Shown piece by piece: positions 29,036 to 39,600 of a stretch of 64,000 nucleotides of DNA (within the stretch, counting starts at the first letter, position 1; each line of letters begins with the position of its first letter). Below the pieces are notes generated by a model that was not told the DNA's origin, made no database searches, and worked only from the letters and a program-made list of their open reading frames with translations. The DNA is taken from positions 1 to 64,000 of the forward strand of contig JBEGVH010000009.1 of the NCBI GenBank assembly GCA_041178425.1, given 5' to 3'. This stretch comes from Pseudomonadota bacterium (GTDB lineage: Bacteria; Bdellovibrionota; Bdellovibrionia; Bdellovibrionales; Bdellovibrionaceae). The position numbers and the translations under genes are program-made.

Positions 29036-30925
29036 TTATTCAACTGTTACGGATTTAGCCAAATTTCTTGGCTGATCAACGTCGTGACCTAAAGAACAAG
29101 CCAAATGATAGGCCATCAGTTGCAGAGGCACTACCTCTAAAATGGGGTTGGTGGCCCAATGGGCTTTCGGTAAGTTCACAAACGCTTCTGTGCGATCGTC
29201 AAAGCTGTCTTGCTCCCCGTTCGAGAGAAGCCAAATTTTACCACCGCGAGCTCGCGCTTCTTCGAGGTTACTAATAGACTTTTCATACACCTCATCATGA
29301 GGAGCCACCATAATAATAGCCATGTTCTCATCGATCAGAGCGAGTGGACCGTGCTTCATTTCTCCAGCGGCGTAACCCTCGGCATGAAGGTAAGCGAGCT
29401 CTTTTAATTTGAGAGCTCCTTCCATCGCAATCGGAAAATTCACGCCTCGACCCATAAACAAAAAACCTTTAAACTTTTTTAAACGGCCAGCGGCCTCAGA
29501 AAAATATTTATCGTAAGCTAGCACGCCTTCCATCTGGCTCGGTACATTGAGGAGTGAACGCAAGTGACTCTCTTCAGTTCCGCGATCCAAAGCTCCACGC
29601 GACTTTGCGATAGCGAGCGCAAGTAAATTCAAAACGGTAAGGCTGCTCACAAAGGCTTTAGTGCTCGCCACTCCAATCTCAGGACCAGAGTTCATATAAA
29701 GGTGCCCATGCGCCTCGCGATCAATCGAAGAGTTTTTCACATTACATAAACTCATGGTGGTTGCACCAAGTTGTTTGGCTAATCGAATGGCAGCTAAGGT
29801 GTCGGCGGTTTCACCGCTTTGTGAAATCACCAAAAACAAACTATTCGCTGGCACCACCGGATGGCGATATCGAAATTCACTGGCAATATCGGTTTCAACG
29901 GGAACACGCGCAAGTTGCTCAATATAATATTTTGCGACTTGAGCAGCGTAGTAACTGGTTCCACAGGCTACGATAAATACTCGTTCGATCTTACGAAAAA
30001 TTTCTTGAGTATTCGCCCAATCTTTTTGTGGATCAATAGCTTCCAGATCGGAGATCTCTACCCCTTTAAAGCCAACTCCTCTTAACTGCACCGACACAGG
30101 CTCCAATTGAACATGTGGCTCCATTGCAGAAGCGATGGCCCGCGGTTGTTCGTGAATCTCTTTAAGCATGAAGTGCGGGAACCCCTGTTTTTCGACGAGA
30201 TCAGCACTCCAATTCAGAGTTTGAACTTTAGGCTCAAACTTTTCGCCTTTAGAATTGTAGTAGTCAATGTGAGGCCCCTTCAAATGAGCGGTCTCTTGAT
30301 CAGCCAAAAACACGAAGCGCTGCGTGTGCTGGAGCAAAGCTTGAACATCGCTCGCTACAAAATTTTCTTTGTCGCCAAGCCCAACCACCAATGGCGGACC
30401 ATCTTTAAAAGCCACCATTTCTTGCGGCGACTGATCCCACACCACTAAAATGGCATAGGCCCCATGAAGCTTTGGTCTAACTTCGTTAACAGCTTGTAAT
30501 AAATTTGGAGTTTTTTTGAGCTGCAAACTGATCAAGTGAGCTACTAATTCAGAATCAGTATCAGAGCTTGGAAGAATGCCTTCCGCCTTGAGCGACTCGC
30601 GGATATCGAGATAGTTTTCGATAATACCATTATGAACCAATGTCACATCGCCCGCACGATGAGGATGAGCATTACGTTCACTCGGTGCCCCATGCGTGGC
30701 CCAACGAGTGTGACCAATGCCCACATGACCAGAAAATTTCACTTCAGAGGCGATACTCTCAAGGGCTTTAAGTTTTCCAGACGCCCGAAGACGCTTGAAC
30801 TCATTACCATCCCAAACGGCAAGCCCCGCACTGTCGTAGCCACGATATTCGAGTTTGCGTAAGCCATGTATAATAACTTCTTTAGGATCTTTTGTTCCAC
30901 CAAGATATCCAACGATTCCACACAT
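29036..30925 (-). CDS. glmS: Glutamine--fructose-6-phosphate aminotransferase
   Basis: MCGIVG, LEYRGYDSAG, GHTRWATHG, SQSGETADT, PRNLAKSVTVE. Confidence 0.98.
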   Translation of the reverse strand: MCGIVGYLGGTKDPKEVIIHGLRKLEYRGYDSAGLAVWDGNEFKRLRASGKLKALESIASEVKFSGHVGIGHTRWATHGAPSERNAHPHRAGDVTLVHNGIIENYLDIRESLKAEGILPSSDTDSELVAHLISLQLKKTPNLLQAVNEVRPKLHGAYAILVVWDQSPQEMVAFKDGPPLVVGLGDKENFVASDVQALLQHTQRFVFLADQETAHLKGPHIDYYNSKGEKFEPKVQTLNWSADLVEKQGFPHFMLKEIHEQPRAIASAMEPHVQLEPVSVQLRGVGFKGVEISDLEAIDPQKDWANTQEIFRKIERVFIVACGTSYYAAQVAKYYIEQLARVPVETDIASEFRYRHPVVPANSLFLVISQSGETADTLAAIRLAKQLGATTMSLCNVKNSSIDREAHGHLYMNSGPEIGVASTKAFVSSLTVLNLLALAIAKSRGALDRGTEESHLRSLLNVPSQMEGVLAYDKYFSEAAGRLKKFKGFLFMGRGVNFPIAMEGALKLKELAYLHAEGYAAGEMKHGPLALIDENMAIIMVAPHDEVYEKSISNLEEARARGGKIWLLSNGEQDSFDDRTEAFVNLPKAHWATNPILEVVPLQLMAYHLACSLGHDVDQPRNLAKSVTVE

Positions 30926-30930
30926 TTTAT

Positions 30931-32316
30931 TTAACCTTCTGTTTGCTCTGGGCTCGCAATTTTGTCTGCGTAATTTTCTTTGTTCACTTGACGACCACGA
31001 GCCACCGCAAGAGCCTTGGCTGGAACATCTTCGGTAATCGTTGAACCGGAGGCGATAATCGCTCCTTCACCAATTTCAACAGGAGCGACAAATTGAACAT
31101 CGCTTCCAACAAAGACATTACTACCAATTTTTGTTTTATACTTCTTGCGATCGACCGCATAATTGCAGGTAATCGTGCCACACCCAACATTGACACTCTC
31201 ACCAACCTCCGCATCGCCGAGGTAGGTAAGATGCCCTGCTTTTGATTTTTTGCCAAATTTTACTTTCTTAAGCTCAACAAAGTTACCAATGTGAGACTCC
31301 TCACCCAATTCCGTTTCAGGGCGCAATCTTGCGTAAGGGCCAACACTCACTTTGTTGCTGAGTTTACTTTTTTCGAGGTAGGAGCCGGCACGAACCTCGA
31401 CACTATCACCAAGAACACAATCAACCACAAAGCAGTTGGGTTCGAGAACGCAAAACGCTCCAATTTTGGTTTTACCGCGCAGGAAGGCTCCTGGATAAAC
31501 GACTGAGCCTGGCCCTATTTCAACTTCTTCTTCGATATAGGTTTGCCGAGGATCAATGATGACCACTCCAGCTTCCATCAATTTTTTTGCTTTTCTACGA
31601 AAAACAACGCGATTCGCTCGCGCCAACTCTTCTTGATTATTCACTCCAAAAGCAACCACAGGGGGAGCCTTGAGGGCCTTTACAGTATAGCCCTGGTCTT
31701 TTCCGAGGGTGATAATGTCAGTGAGATAAAACTCCCTTTGCGCATTGTTGTTTTTGATTTTTGGCAACAAATCCTGCAAAGCCTCGGCCTTAACCACATA
31801 CAATCCCGAGTTGACCTCTTTAATTTTTAGAGTTTCTTGCGAGGCATCTTTCGCTTCAACAATAGCCATGAGCTCGCCATGATGACGAACAACGCGACCA
31901 AGTGATCCGGGATTTTTTAATTCGGCGGTAACCACCGCGATATCAGCTTTGGTCTCTTGAAATTTTTTAATCACACCTTTGAGATCGTCGGCCTGAATGA
32001 GCGGGTGATCACCGTTTACGATAAGAACCAGACCATCAATGGTTTCGACTTGAGCGGCTTTAACTGCATCGGCAGTACCCATCGGCTGCGCTTGATCGTA
32101 GCAATGAACAGGAAGAATATTTGCAACATTTTTGACCAAATTGCTTTGGTGGCCCACCACTAAACGAATATCTTCTGCTCCGCTTCCCATACAGGCATGA
32201 ATGACTTTGTGAATCATCGGCACTCCGGCAACGGGGTGAAGCACTTTTGGTAGGGGTGAGGCCATTCGAGTGCCCTTACCGGCAGCCAAAATGATTGCAG
32301 AAACCTTAGTACTCAT
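30931..32316 (-). CDS. glmU: Bifunctional UDP-GlcNAc pyrophosphorylase / acetyltransferase
   Basis: LAAGKGTRM..PKVLH; hexapeptide repeats; GNFVELK, HLTYLGDA. Confidence 0.98.
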   Translation of the reverse strand: MSTKVSAIILAAGKGTRMASPLPKVLHPVAGVPMIHKVIHACMGSGAEDIRLVVGHQSNLVKNVANILPVHCYDQAQPMGTADAVKAAQVETIDGLVLIVNGDHPLIQADDLKGVIKKFQETKADIAVVTAELKNPGSLGRVVRHHGELMAIVEAKDASQETLKIKEVNSGLYVVKAEALQDLLPKIKNNNAQREFYLTDIITLGKDQGYTVKALKAPPVVAFGVNNQEELARANRVVFRRKAKKLMEAGVVIIDPRQTYIEEEVEIGPGSVVYPGAFLRGKTKIGAFCVLEPNCFVVDCVLGDSVEVRAGSYLEKSKLSNKVSVGPYARLRPETELGEESHIGNFVELKKVKFGKKSKAGHLTYLGDAEVGESVNVGCGTITCNYAVDRKKYKTKIGSNVFVGSDVQFVAPVEIGEGAIIASGSTITEDVPAKALAVARGRQVNKENYADKIASPEQTEG

Positions 32317-32378
32317 TTTTTTCTCCTAACAAAACCTGTGACTCTCGCCTTAACATCGAAGCATACTTATATCCAGAG

Positions 32379-33089
32379 ATGAACTCAAAAATTTATTTTA
32401 ATCCTACATGGGCCAAAACTAGGCAAGGGCTAAATATTCCTCTTTGGAGTTCGCAAGCCCCAGAAACTCTGCATGGTCGTCAGGGGCGTAATCCTATTTT
32501 GTTCATTGGTGGTGTTCATGGCGATGAACCCGAAGGCGTTTGGCTCGCCGAAGCTTTTTTGAATGCCATTCAGACTGAGTATCTGAAAAGGGCACACACG
32601 ACCTCATCGACTTGGCCGGGGCGCAATTGGATTTTAATTCCATGCTTGAATCCCGAGGGCTATGAACGCCAAGAACGCACCAATTCGGCGGGCGTTGATC
32701 TGAACCGAAATTTTCCTTCGACCGATTGGTCTCCCGAAGCAAAGGCGCCGCGATATAATCCTGGTGCTCAACCTGGCTCAGAGCCAGAGGTTCAAGCTAC
32801 TATTCGCGCCATCAATCTTTTTAAGCCAGAGCTCATCATTCATTTTCATTCATGGCAGCCTTGTGTGGTTTACACAGGAAGCCCGGGGGCATCCGTGGCT
32901 CGTCAAATCGGTGAGCACGCCGGTTACGAATACAGAGAAGACATCGGTTACCCTACTCCCGGGAGTCTTGGTCAGTATGGTTGGCTTAATCACAAAACTC
33001 CCGTGATCTGCATTGAAGAACGCGAGGGAACCGCTCGAGAGCTTATTTGGCCGCGTTTTGAATGGGCCCTCATGGACCTATTGAAATGA
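32379..33089 (+). CDS. mpaA: Murein peptide amidase A (M14 zinc carboxypeptidase)
   Basis: GGVHGDEPEG, NPEG, RTNSAGVDLNRNFP, IGYPTPGSLG. Confidence 0.85.
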   Translation: MNSKIYFNPTWAKTRQGLNIPLWSSQAPETLHGRQGRNPILFIGGVHGDEPEGVWLAEAFLNAIQTEYLKRAHTTSSTWPGRNWILIPCLNPEGYERQERTNSAGVDLNRNFPSTDWSPEAKAPRYNPGAQPGSEPEVQATIRAINLFKPELIIHFHSWQPCVVYTGSPGASVARQIGEHAGYEYREDIGYPTPGSLGQYGWLNHKTPVICIEEREGTARELIWPRFEWALMDLLK

Positions 33090-33799
33090 ATCTACTCCCC
33101 ATTTCTTGGCAAGCCTGGATCTTTGATCTCGACGACACTCTTCTTGACACGTCTGGGCTCTTGGTTCCCGAAGCCATTCGTCGCGCCTGCGAATTCTTAG
33201 TCACACAAAAAATATTTACCTCTGTTGAAGAGGGACTAAACCGATGGACAGAGAGCCGCACCGGAGCCTATGGGGCTAATCTTTTTTATGAGATTATTCC
33301 TTTGATCGACGATCTCAGGCGAAAGCAACTCGCCGAACAAGCCTACCGAATTTTTCGATCTCCCCCAATTCCAAAGAACCTTGAACTGAGGCTTGGAGGA
33401 CGACAACTTTTAGAACTGGCGGCGATGCAATTCCCAGTTTTTTTAGTTACTCAGGGCGACATCGATGTGCAAATGAGTAAAGTCGAAGAATTAAGAATTA
33501 TTTCTTACTTTAAACATGTTTACTACATCGACCCCTTTGCTAACGAAAACAAACTCAAGGCTTTTAATGCGATTTTGTCTCAATGGCAATTTGATCCGAA
33601 GAGAGTTTTGTCGATTGGTAATCGTCTCGACAATGAAATCGAGTTTAGCAAAAGTCTTGGAATGAAAACCTGCTATGTGCGCCATGGAGAGCACGCTCAT
33701 GATCAGCCGCGTTTGGCGCTTCAGATTCCTGACTACGACATCGTCGAACTCTCAGAATTAAGAAAATTCTTAAGACTTTCATTAAACCTCGAAGGATAA
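33086..33799 (+). CDS. HAD-superfamily hydrolase
   Basis: FDLDDTLLDT, LVTQG, IGNRLDNEI; ATGA overlap with mpaA. Confidence 0.85.
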   Translation: MNLLPISWQAWIFDLDDTLLDTSGLLVPEAIRRACEFLVTQKIFTSVEEGLNRWTESRTGAYGANLFYEIIPLIDDLRRKQLAEQAYRIFRSPPIPKNLELRLGGRQLLELAAMQFPVFLVTQGDIDVQMSKVEELRIISYFKHVYYIDPFANENKLKAFNAILSQWQFDPKRVLSIGNRLDNEIEFSKSLGMKTCYVRHGEHAHDQPRLALQIPDYDIVELSELRKFLRLSLNLEG

Positions 33800-33801
33800 T
33801 C

Positions 33802-35196
33802 ATGAACGAAATTATTCTCATTGGATGGAACGAAAAACCATGGTCTTTTGAGGCCACTTTGTTTAACAATGTCGAAGCCTTTCTAGGTCACAACAAAAAT
33901 GATGACTCTCGGTGCATTTTTATCGTGAAGTGCCCTTCAGAGATTGACCAGTTAAAATCGGTATTAGTTACTCTTTCTTCAAAACACGAACCCATTCTTC
34001 TCATTGGCATCGAGCATTACGCCACCCTTGATCTTGTTAAAATTAGTTCCCAATACCCTGTTGTCGCCATGCTAAACTCCTCAGATTGGGAACGAACCGA
34101 AGACCTACTCAACGCTCTTCTCTTAACTCGTCGCCTTGAGGAGCAAGAGTTAGCGCACCAAAAACTTTTGCGAGAAGAAGAATTTCGCCAAGAAAAGCAG
34201 TATGAGCAATTGTTGTTGAACCTCCGCGAACAACAATCCCTAATTACCGAAATTCAAAATCGGCTTTTAAACGGCCTCCAACAAGAAAAACTTTTGCACG
34301 ACACGCTTCTTATTATCATGACGAGCCAGGGTATTGGTGAAATTGAACTCCGACTAGAAGAAACCTTAGCCCCCCTCCTTGGCCCACTTCATTTACGCTT
34401 GATCCTCCATGATGGATCAAGCCATCCTCAATCGTGGGCTAATCCATCTATTGCCTTTGAGCTTCATGAACAAGAACAATCTCTTGGTCGCATGATTGTT
34501 ACTCCGACGGGAGGTCAGAATTTCGAGCGCAAGGAGCTTCTCATACTCGAAAACATTTCAGAAGCCATTGCTTTGCATATTCCGCGTTTTCTTGCTTTTG
34601 AAGCCAACGCGCTACTCGAAACAGAATGGCGAGCCACCTTCGACGCGATTCTTGACCCCGTCCTTCTAGTTAATGGCAGCTATATGGTGGTCGAAGCTAA
34701 CAAATCCGCTCGGGACCGCGCCGAAAAAAACAAAACGTCGACAAGCAAGCCGTGCTACGAGGTAATGTTTGGTCGTTCCCATCCCTGCATTTTCTGCCGT
34801 TTTGGAACAAAATCAAACCTCGAACCGAAATCCTCCGCACCTGCGGAGCAGTGGGAGATGAGCAGTCATGAGTTGAGGATAAAAAAATCGGCTGAGAAAA
34901 TTTACGTTCATTTGTATCGCAACAAATTTTCTCAAATCGAGCTAGAAACCCGAATTAGCGACTTCGCCAAAAACGCTGAGGTCGGCATTTTTAAATCGAG
35001 TCTTGCCCACGAACTGAATAATCCCATCGGCGGTCTTCTGACGTTGGCCCAGCTTCAAAAAATGGATCTTATTGCTGGCCATCCCCTTTTACCACTAGTC
35101 GAAGAAATAGAAAAACAGGCGCTCTTGTGCCGAGACCTTATTCTCGACCTTTTGCAGAGAGCGCGTAACGCGCCCACCCCCACCAAGGGCTCGTAG
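33802..35196 (+). CDS. Sensor-like protein with coiled coil, PAS-like region and HisKA, but no HATPase domain
   Basis: EWRATFDAILDP, CYEVMFGRSHPC..C, AHELNNPIGG; stop about 60 aa after the His. Confidence 0.7.
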   Translation: MNEIILIGWNEKPWSFEATLFNNVEAFLGHNKNDDSRCIFIVKCPSEIDQLKSVLVTLSSKHEPILLIGIEHYATLDLVKISSQYPVVAMLNSSDWERTEDLLNALLLTRRLEEQELAHQKLLREEEFRQEKQYEQLLLNLREQQSLITEIQNRLLNGLQQEKLLHDTLLIIMTSQGIGEIELRLEETLAPLLGPLHLRLILHDGSSHPQSWANPSIAFELHEQEQSLGRMIVTPTGGQNFERKELLILENISEAIALHIPRFLAFEANALLETEWRATFDAILDPVLLVNGSYMVVEANKSARDRAEKNKTSTSKPCYEVMFGRSHPCIFCRFGTKSNLEPKSSAPAEQWEMSSHELRIKKSAEKIYVHLYRNKFSQIELETRISDFAKNAEVGIFKSSLAHELNNPIGGLLTLAQLQKMDLIAGHPLLPLVEEIEKQALLCRDLILDLLQRARNAPTPTKGS

Positions 35197-35440
35197 CCAA
35201 ACTTTAGTTTTAAATTGACTCACTGTTCTTTTTTGATTCGTGACTTAAATCGAGAACAAAGTGATTTGAATCAAAGTAAAACACTTCTCTCTTCCCAGAC
35301 GATGGCCTAATTCATTTGGTTGACCTGTGGGATTAAGGTCACTTTTGCCCAATCCACATTTTGCCAATTCCATGAATTTTCGATGATTTAAGTTACTTTA
35401 TCGCTAAAGTAAATCTCATAAAAAGCCGACAAGATATTGA

Positions 35441-36664
35441 ATGAAAAGGATTTTCGGCTTTATAAATTTTATCTTCATAGTGACGAGCGTTCTGGTAGGA
35501 TGCTTCAAAGGAAACTATGATGGTGCTTCAACGGGTGAAGATTCTCCTGCTGTGGTCACGTTCGATGGTGCGCAGTCTGCCGAAAATATCAATGGCACAA
35601 CGATTCAACTTAATTGGAATTTATCCACCGACAAAACCATCGAAGAGTACCAAATATTTTCTGTGCAAACCGACAATTCTTTAAAACTCATTGGCGTAAC
35701 CTCCAGTGACACAAGCACCTACACCGTGACTGGTCTCACCGCCGGCTATTTGCAAAAGTACGTCGTCCGCGCTTATAGAAAATCTGGTACTATCGATACC
35801 AATCGAAAAATTGTATCAGCCCTCCCCTACGCAGGAATTAGCTCAGCAACGGTCATCGATCAAACCACCGTTGACCTTGCCTTCCCAGGTGCTGCCGATG
35901 CAGCCAACCTTCGCATTTTTTGCGCCACGGGTATTGCTGGCGCAATGACTCTAAGGCAACAGGTAAACTCATCAACATCAATCGTGCGATTGAGCAGCCT
36001 TACAACCGGTGAGCTTTACAGTTGCAAAGTGAAAGCGGTTTTGCCCGACGGCAGCGAAGATCAAAACACCACGGTGAAGAGTTTCATTCCTGACACCGTG
36101 ACTGATCCTTTTGGATTTAGTGGTCTTACCAGTGCCGTGAATAGCAACGGCACAACTATCCAGCTGACTTGGACACCAGCAACGCCCATCGCTGGAAAAA
36201 CAATTCAAGGGTATCGAGTGTATCAGGTCGATGGCGATAATGAACTTGATTTTGCCGATGTCACGCCAAGCAGTGCTTCTGGCTACCAAGCTATTGGCCT
36301 TACGCCAGGAACCAATTACCGATACATGGTCAGGGCCGTCGATTCCAACGGACTTCTCGATAGCAATCAAGTTTGGAAGTGGGCTTTCACTTATGCTGGA
36401 ATAACGTCGGCGAGCTCGCCCTCAGGAACGATTGCCAATCTGTTTTTCCCAACTGCCCCTTCCGCGACTCAATTAAATATTTATTGTTGGAAGGACTCCG
36501 ACCCAAGACCAACTATCCCAACAGCTTCTCTACCGGGGACCAGCAGTTCACATCAAGTCACAGGACTATTACCAAGTACCCGATACAAATGCGCCGTCCA
36601 AGCTGTCGGTGTTGGAGGAGAGGATGGTAACCCTGCCATCCAATTATTTACGACGCCCATGTGA
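35441..36664 (+). CDS. Fibronectin type III repeat lipoprotein
   Basis: Lipobox LVGC; four FN3-like units (IQLxW...GLTPGTNYRYMVRA). Confidence 0.85.
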   Translation: MKRIFGFINFIFIVTSVLVGCFKGNYDGASTGEDSPAVVTFDGAQSAENINGTTIQLNWNLSTDKTIEEYQIFSVQTDNSLKLIGVTSSDTSTYTVTGLTAGYLQKYVVRAYRKSGTIDTNRKIVSALPYAGISSATVIDQTTVDLAFPGAADAANLRIFCATGIAGAMTLRQQVNSSTSIVRLSSLTTGELYSCKVKAVLPDGSEDQNTTVKSFIPDTVTDPFGFSGLTSAVNSNGTTIQLTWTPATPIAGKTIQGYRVYQVDGDNELDFADVTPSSASGYQAIGLTPGTNYRYMVRAVDSNGLLDSNQVWKWAFTYAGITSASSPSGTIANLFFPTAPSATQLNIYCWKDSDPRPTIPTASLPGTSSSHQVTGLLPSTRYKCAVQAVGVGGEDGNPAIQLFTTPM

Positions 36665-36677
36665 TTAACCAGGAAGG

Positions 36678-39600
36678 ATGATTACTATGCGATGGTTTGA
36701 AAATTATTTGACACTGCTCTTGACCTCGATTCTCGCAATCTTGGCTCAACCACTCTTTGCAGCAGAAGAGGCCGTTCAATCCTTTAGTGTGAGCGGTACG
36801 CTTTACCAATCGGGATCAACCACTCCTCTTCACGACCCGGCTACCACCTTTAAAATACAAATCATTAGCCCCGACCGAGCATGCCTTCTTTACGAAGAGC
36901 AGCAAGTCGTTAATATTGGATCAACCGGCTACTTCAATATTCAAGTTGGTTCTGCAAGATCATCTAACAAAAGAACAGCAAACGATCCACGACACTCTAT
37001 GACACAGGTTTTTCAGAATGTCGGAATGATTTTTGCCAATAATGTGGGAGTCACTCAATGCCCGGGTGGACTTTATATTCCCAGTCCGGGAGACACTCGG
37101 TACGTTCGCCTCACAGTCACTCCGTCTTCCACCAATTCTCCTGACACTCTTTCGCCCGATATCGCTATTGGCTCGGTGACGTCTTCACTCGTTGCTCAAA
37201 GCGTTCAAGGCCTCGAGAGAAATAAAATCCTTCAGGTCAGAGAAAACAACTCTGTGTCTCTCACTCAAGGAAACCTCGAATGGCTATTTAATTCGACAAA
37301 CTTATCGAATCTACAAACTGTGCTTTCAGGTGGGCTTGTTTCAGCACCTGGCACCGGCGTGGCCCTTCCGCAATTTAATGGTGCTCCAGTAAACCTCAAC
37401 GAAGGCACGATCTGGTATGATACAAACGAAGACGTCATTAAATATTCCAAGGGCAGCTTGACCGCGCCCCTCACACTGGTGAACAGCACGTCGGGGACGA
37501 TCGGAGGATCGGTCGTGGTTGATACGACTGGTTATATAAGAACTTCCAATTACGTGAATGCAGGTTCTTTGTATTCGCCTTATATTTATGGAGGCTCTGC
37601 CCCTTCATCCAACCTCACAATAGATTCTACTTCCGACGCCACAAAAGGGAATATTATAATTGGCCCGACGACCAGCGCGGTTGGAATCGGCACGACGACG
37701 CCGACGGCAAAAGTCCATATCTCGGCGGGAGGCACCACACCCGGCAAAGCCCCGTTTAAGCTGACAAATGGTGGGCTGTTATCAACACCCGAAGCTGGTG
37801 CCATCGAGTACGATGGAACTAGTCTCTATTACACAGATACTTCAGGAACACCCGCTCGTCATACCCTGGCAACGGTTGCCGGAAGCGTTGCCAGTCTGCG
37901 AGGCGATGTGACAACTCTCGACGCCGCTGATCCTGCCCAACCAGGAACTTATAATGCGACGGTCGTGTCGGTCGGTGGATCATCGGCTACGCAAGTGAAT
38001 CAATCGCGCCTGGACACTGAGGCCGCCACGGCCAATAATAACGCAGAGACGATTGTAAAAAGAGATGCCTCAGGAAATGTGAGCGTCGGTGATTCTTCTC
38101 ACCGAAAAATCTATTTGAGAGATTCTGGTTCTAATACAGTTAGCTTAGAGGCCGCCTCAACGACTAGTTCTTACTCTTTAAAATGGCCCGCAGCGAAAGC
38201 AGATTCGACCAATAAAGTTCTGGCATCAGACACCGACGGTAATTTATCTTGGATTAACCTGGGTTCTGTCGATGGTAAAGTCAGCTTGACCTCCCAGGTA
38301 ATTGGCGTGTTGCCGATTGCCAATGGTGGTACGAACTCAGCTGTGGCTTTAAATAATAATCGTTTAATGTACTCCTCCGGTGGCGCCATTATTGAAATGG
38401 GCGAGTTGTCGACCGGTCAAATCGTTGTGGGAAAAACTGGAGACGCGCCCCAAATTAAAACTCTGAACGAAGATGTTGTTGTGGATGAAACAGGAAAAAC
38501 CACCATCAATAAGGTTAAAGGAACAACAGTAAGCGGTGTTGGATTACTTTCGGGCAATCTCCTGCAAAACACCTCTGCTAGTGCGATTGGTCTGAATAAC
38601 CTCCTTATTTCTAATGCCACAGGAGTTCAGGATTTTCCTGCCACAGGCGAAAAGGTGCTTCTCACAGTGGCAGGAATCCCAACTTGGACTGCGCAAAATG
38701 CCGATAGCTTTACCCAATATGTTCTATTAAATGGTCGAACCTCTGGCCAAACAATCAATGGGGGCGCTGATGCCAATGGCAATCTCACCCTAGAGTCTAC
38801 GAGCAACGGCACCAAAGGAAACATTCTTCTTTCGCCCAACGGGGGAAGCTCGGTGGCCGTTGGCACATCAACACCGCTCTCTAAGTTCTCTGTGGTAGGT
38901 GGTGCAATGAGTGCCGGGCCGCAAGGAACCAGCGCCGGTCAAGGTGGTGAGGTTCGTTTTTATGAACTCGGAGCTAACGGAAGCGACTATGTTGGATTTC
39001 GGGCGCCGGACGCTCTTGCGGGCACGAAAGTTTGGACTTTGCCGACAGCTGATGGAACTTCCGATCAAGTGCTTAAAACAGATGGTAGTGGTACGCTCAG
39101 TTGGTCCACTCTCAATACAGGACAAATAGGAACTGGTGCGGCAGACGCCACTAAATATCTTCGTGGCGACCGAGCATGGTCAGACTTTAATGCCGCAGCC
39201 ATTGGGTCTAATCTCACGGGCTACGCCACGGCATCGCCAGCATCAATCTCTTCAAGTGATTCCGTTCTCCAGGCCGTTCAAAAACTCGATGGGAACGATT
39301 CACTCTGGCTAAAAAAAGATGGCTCCCGCCCTCTCACAGGCAACTGGGACGCAGGCGCATTCAAAGCAACATTTAACAGTGTTCAGGTTGGATCTGCCGC
39401 CAACACGATCACAGGCCTCTCAACAATCGTTAACACTGGCACTCTCACCTTGCCAACGACTACAGATACGATCGTTGGTCGTGCGACCACCGACACTCTC
39501 ACGAATAAAACGCTCTCTGACTCAACCACAGTGGTGGCCAATGCGACGACACCCTCTAAACAACTAGCGTTTAGTTTGAGCAATCAATCCGAAAGCACCA

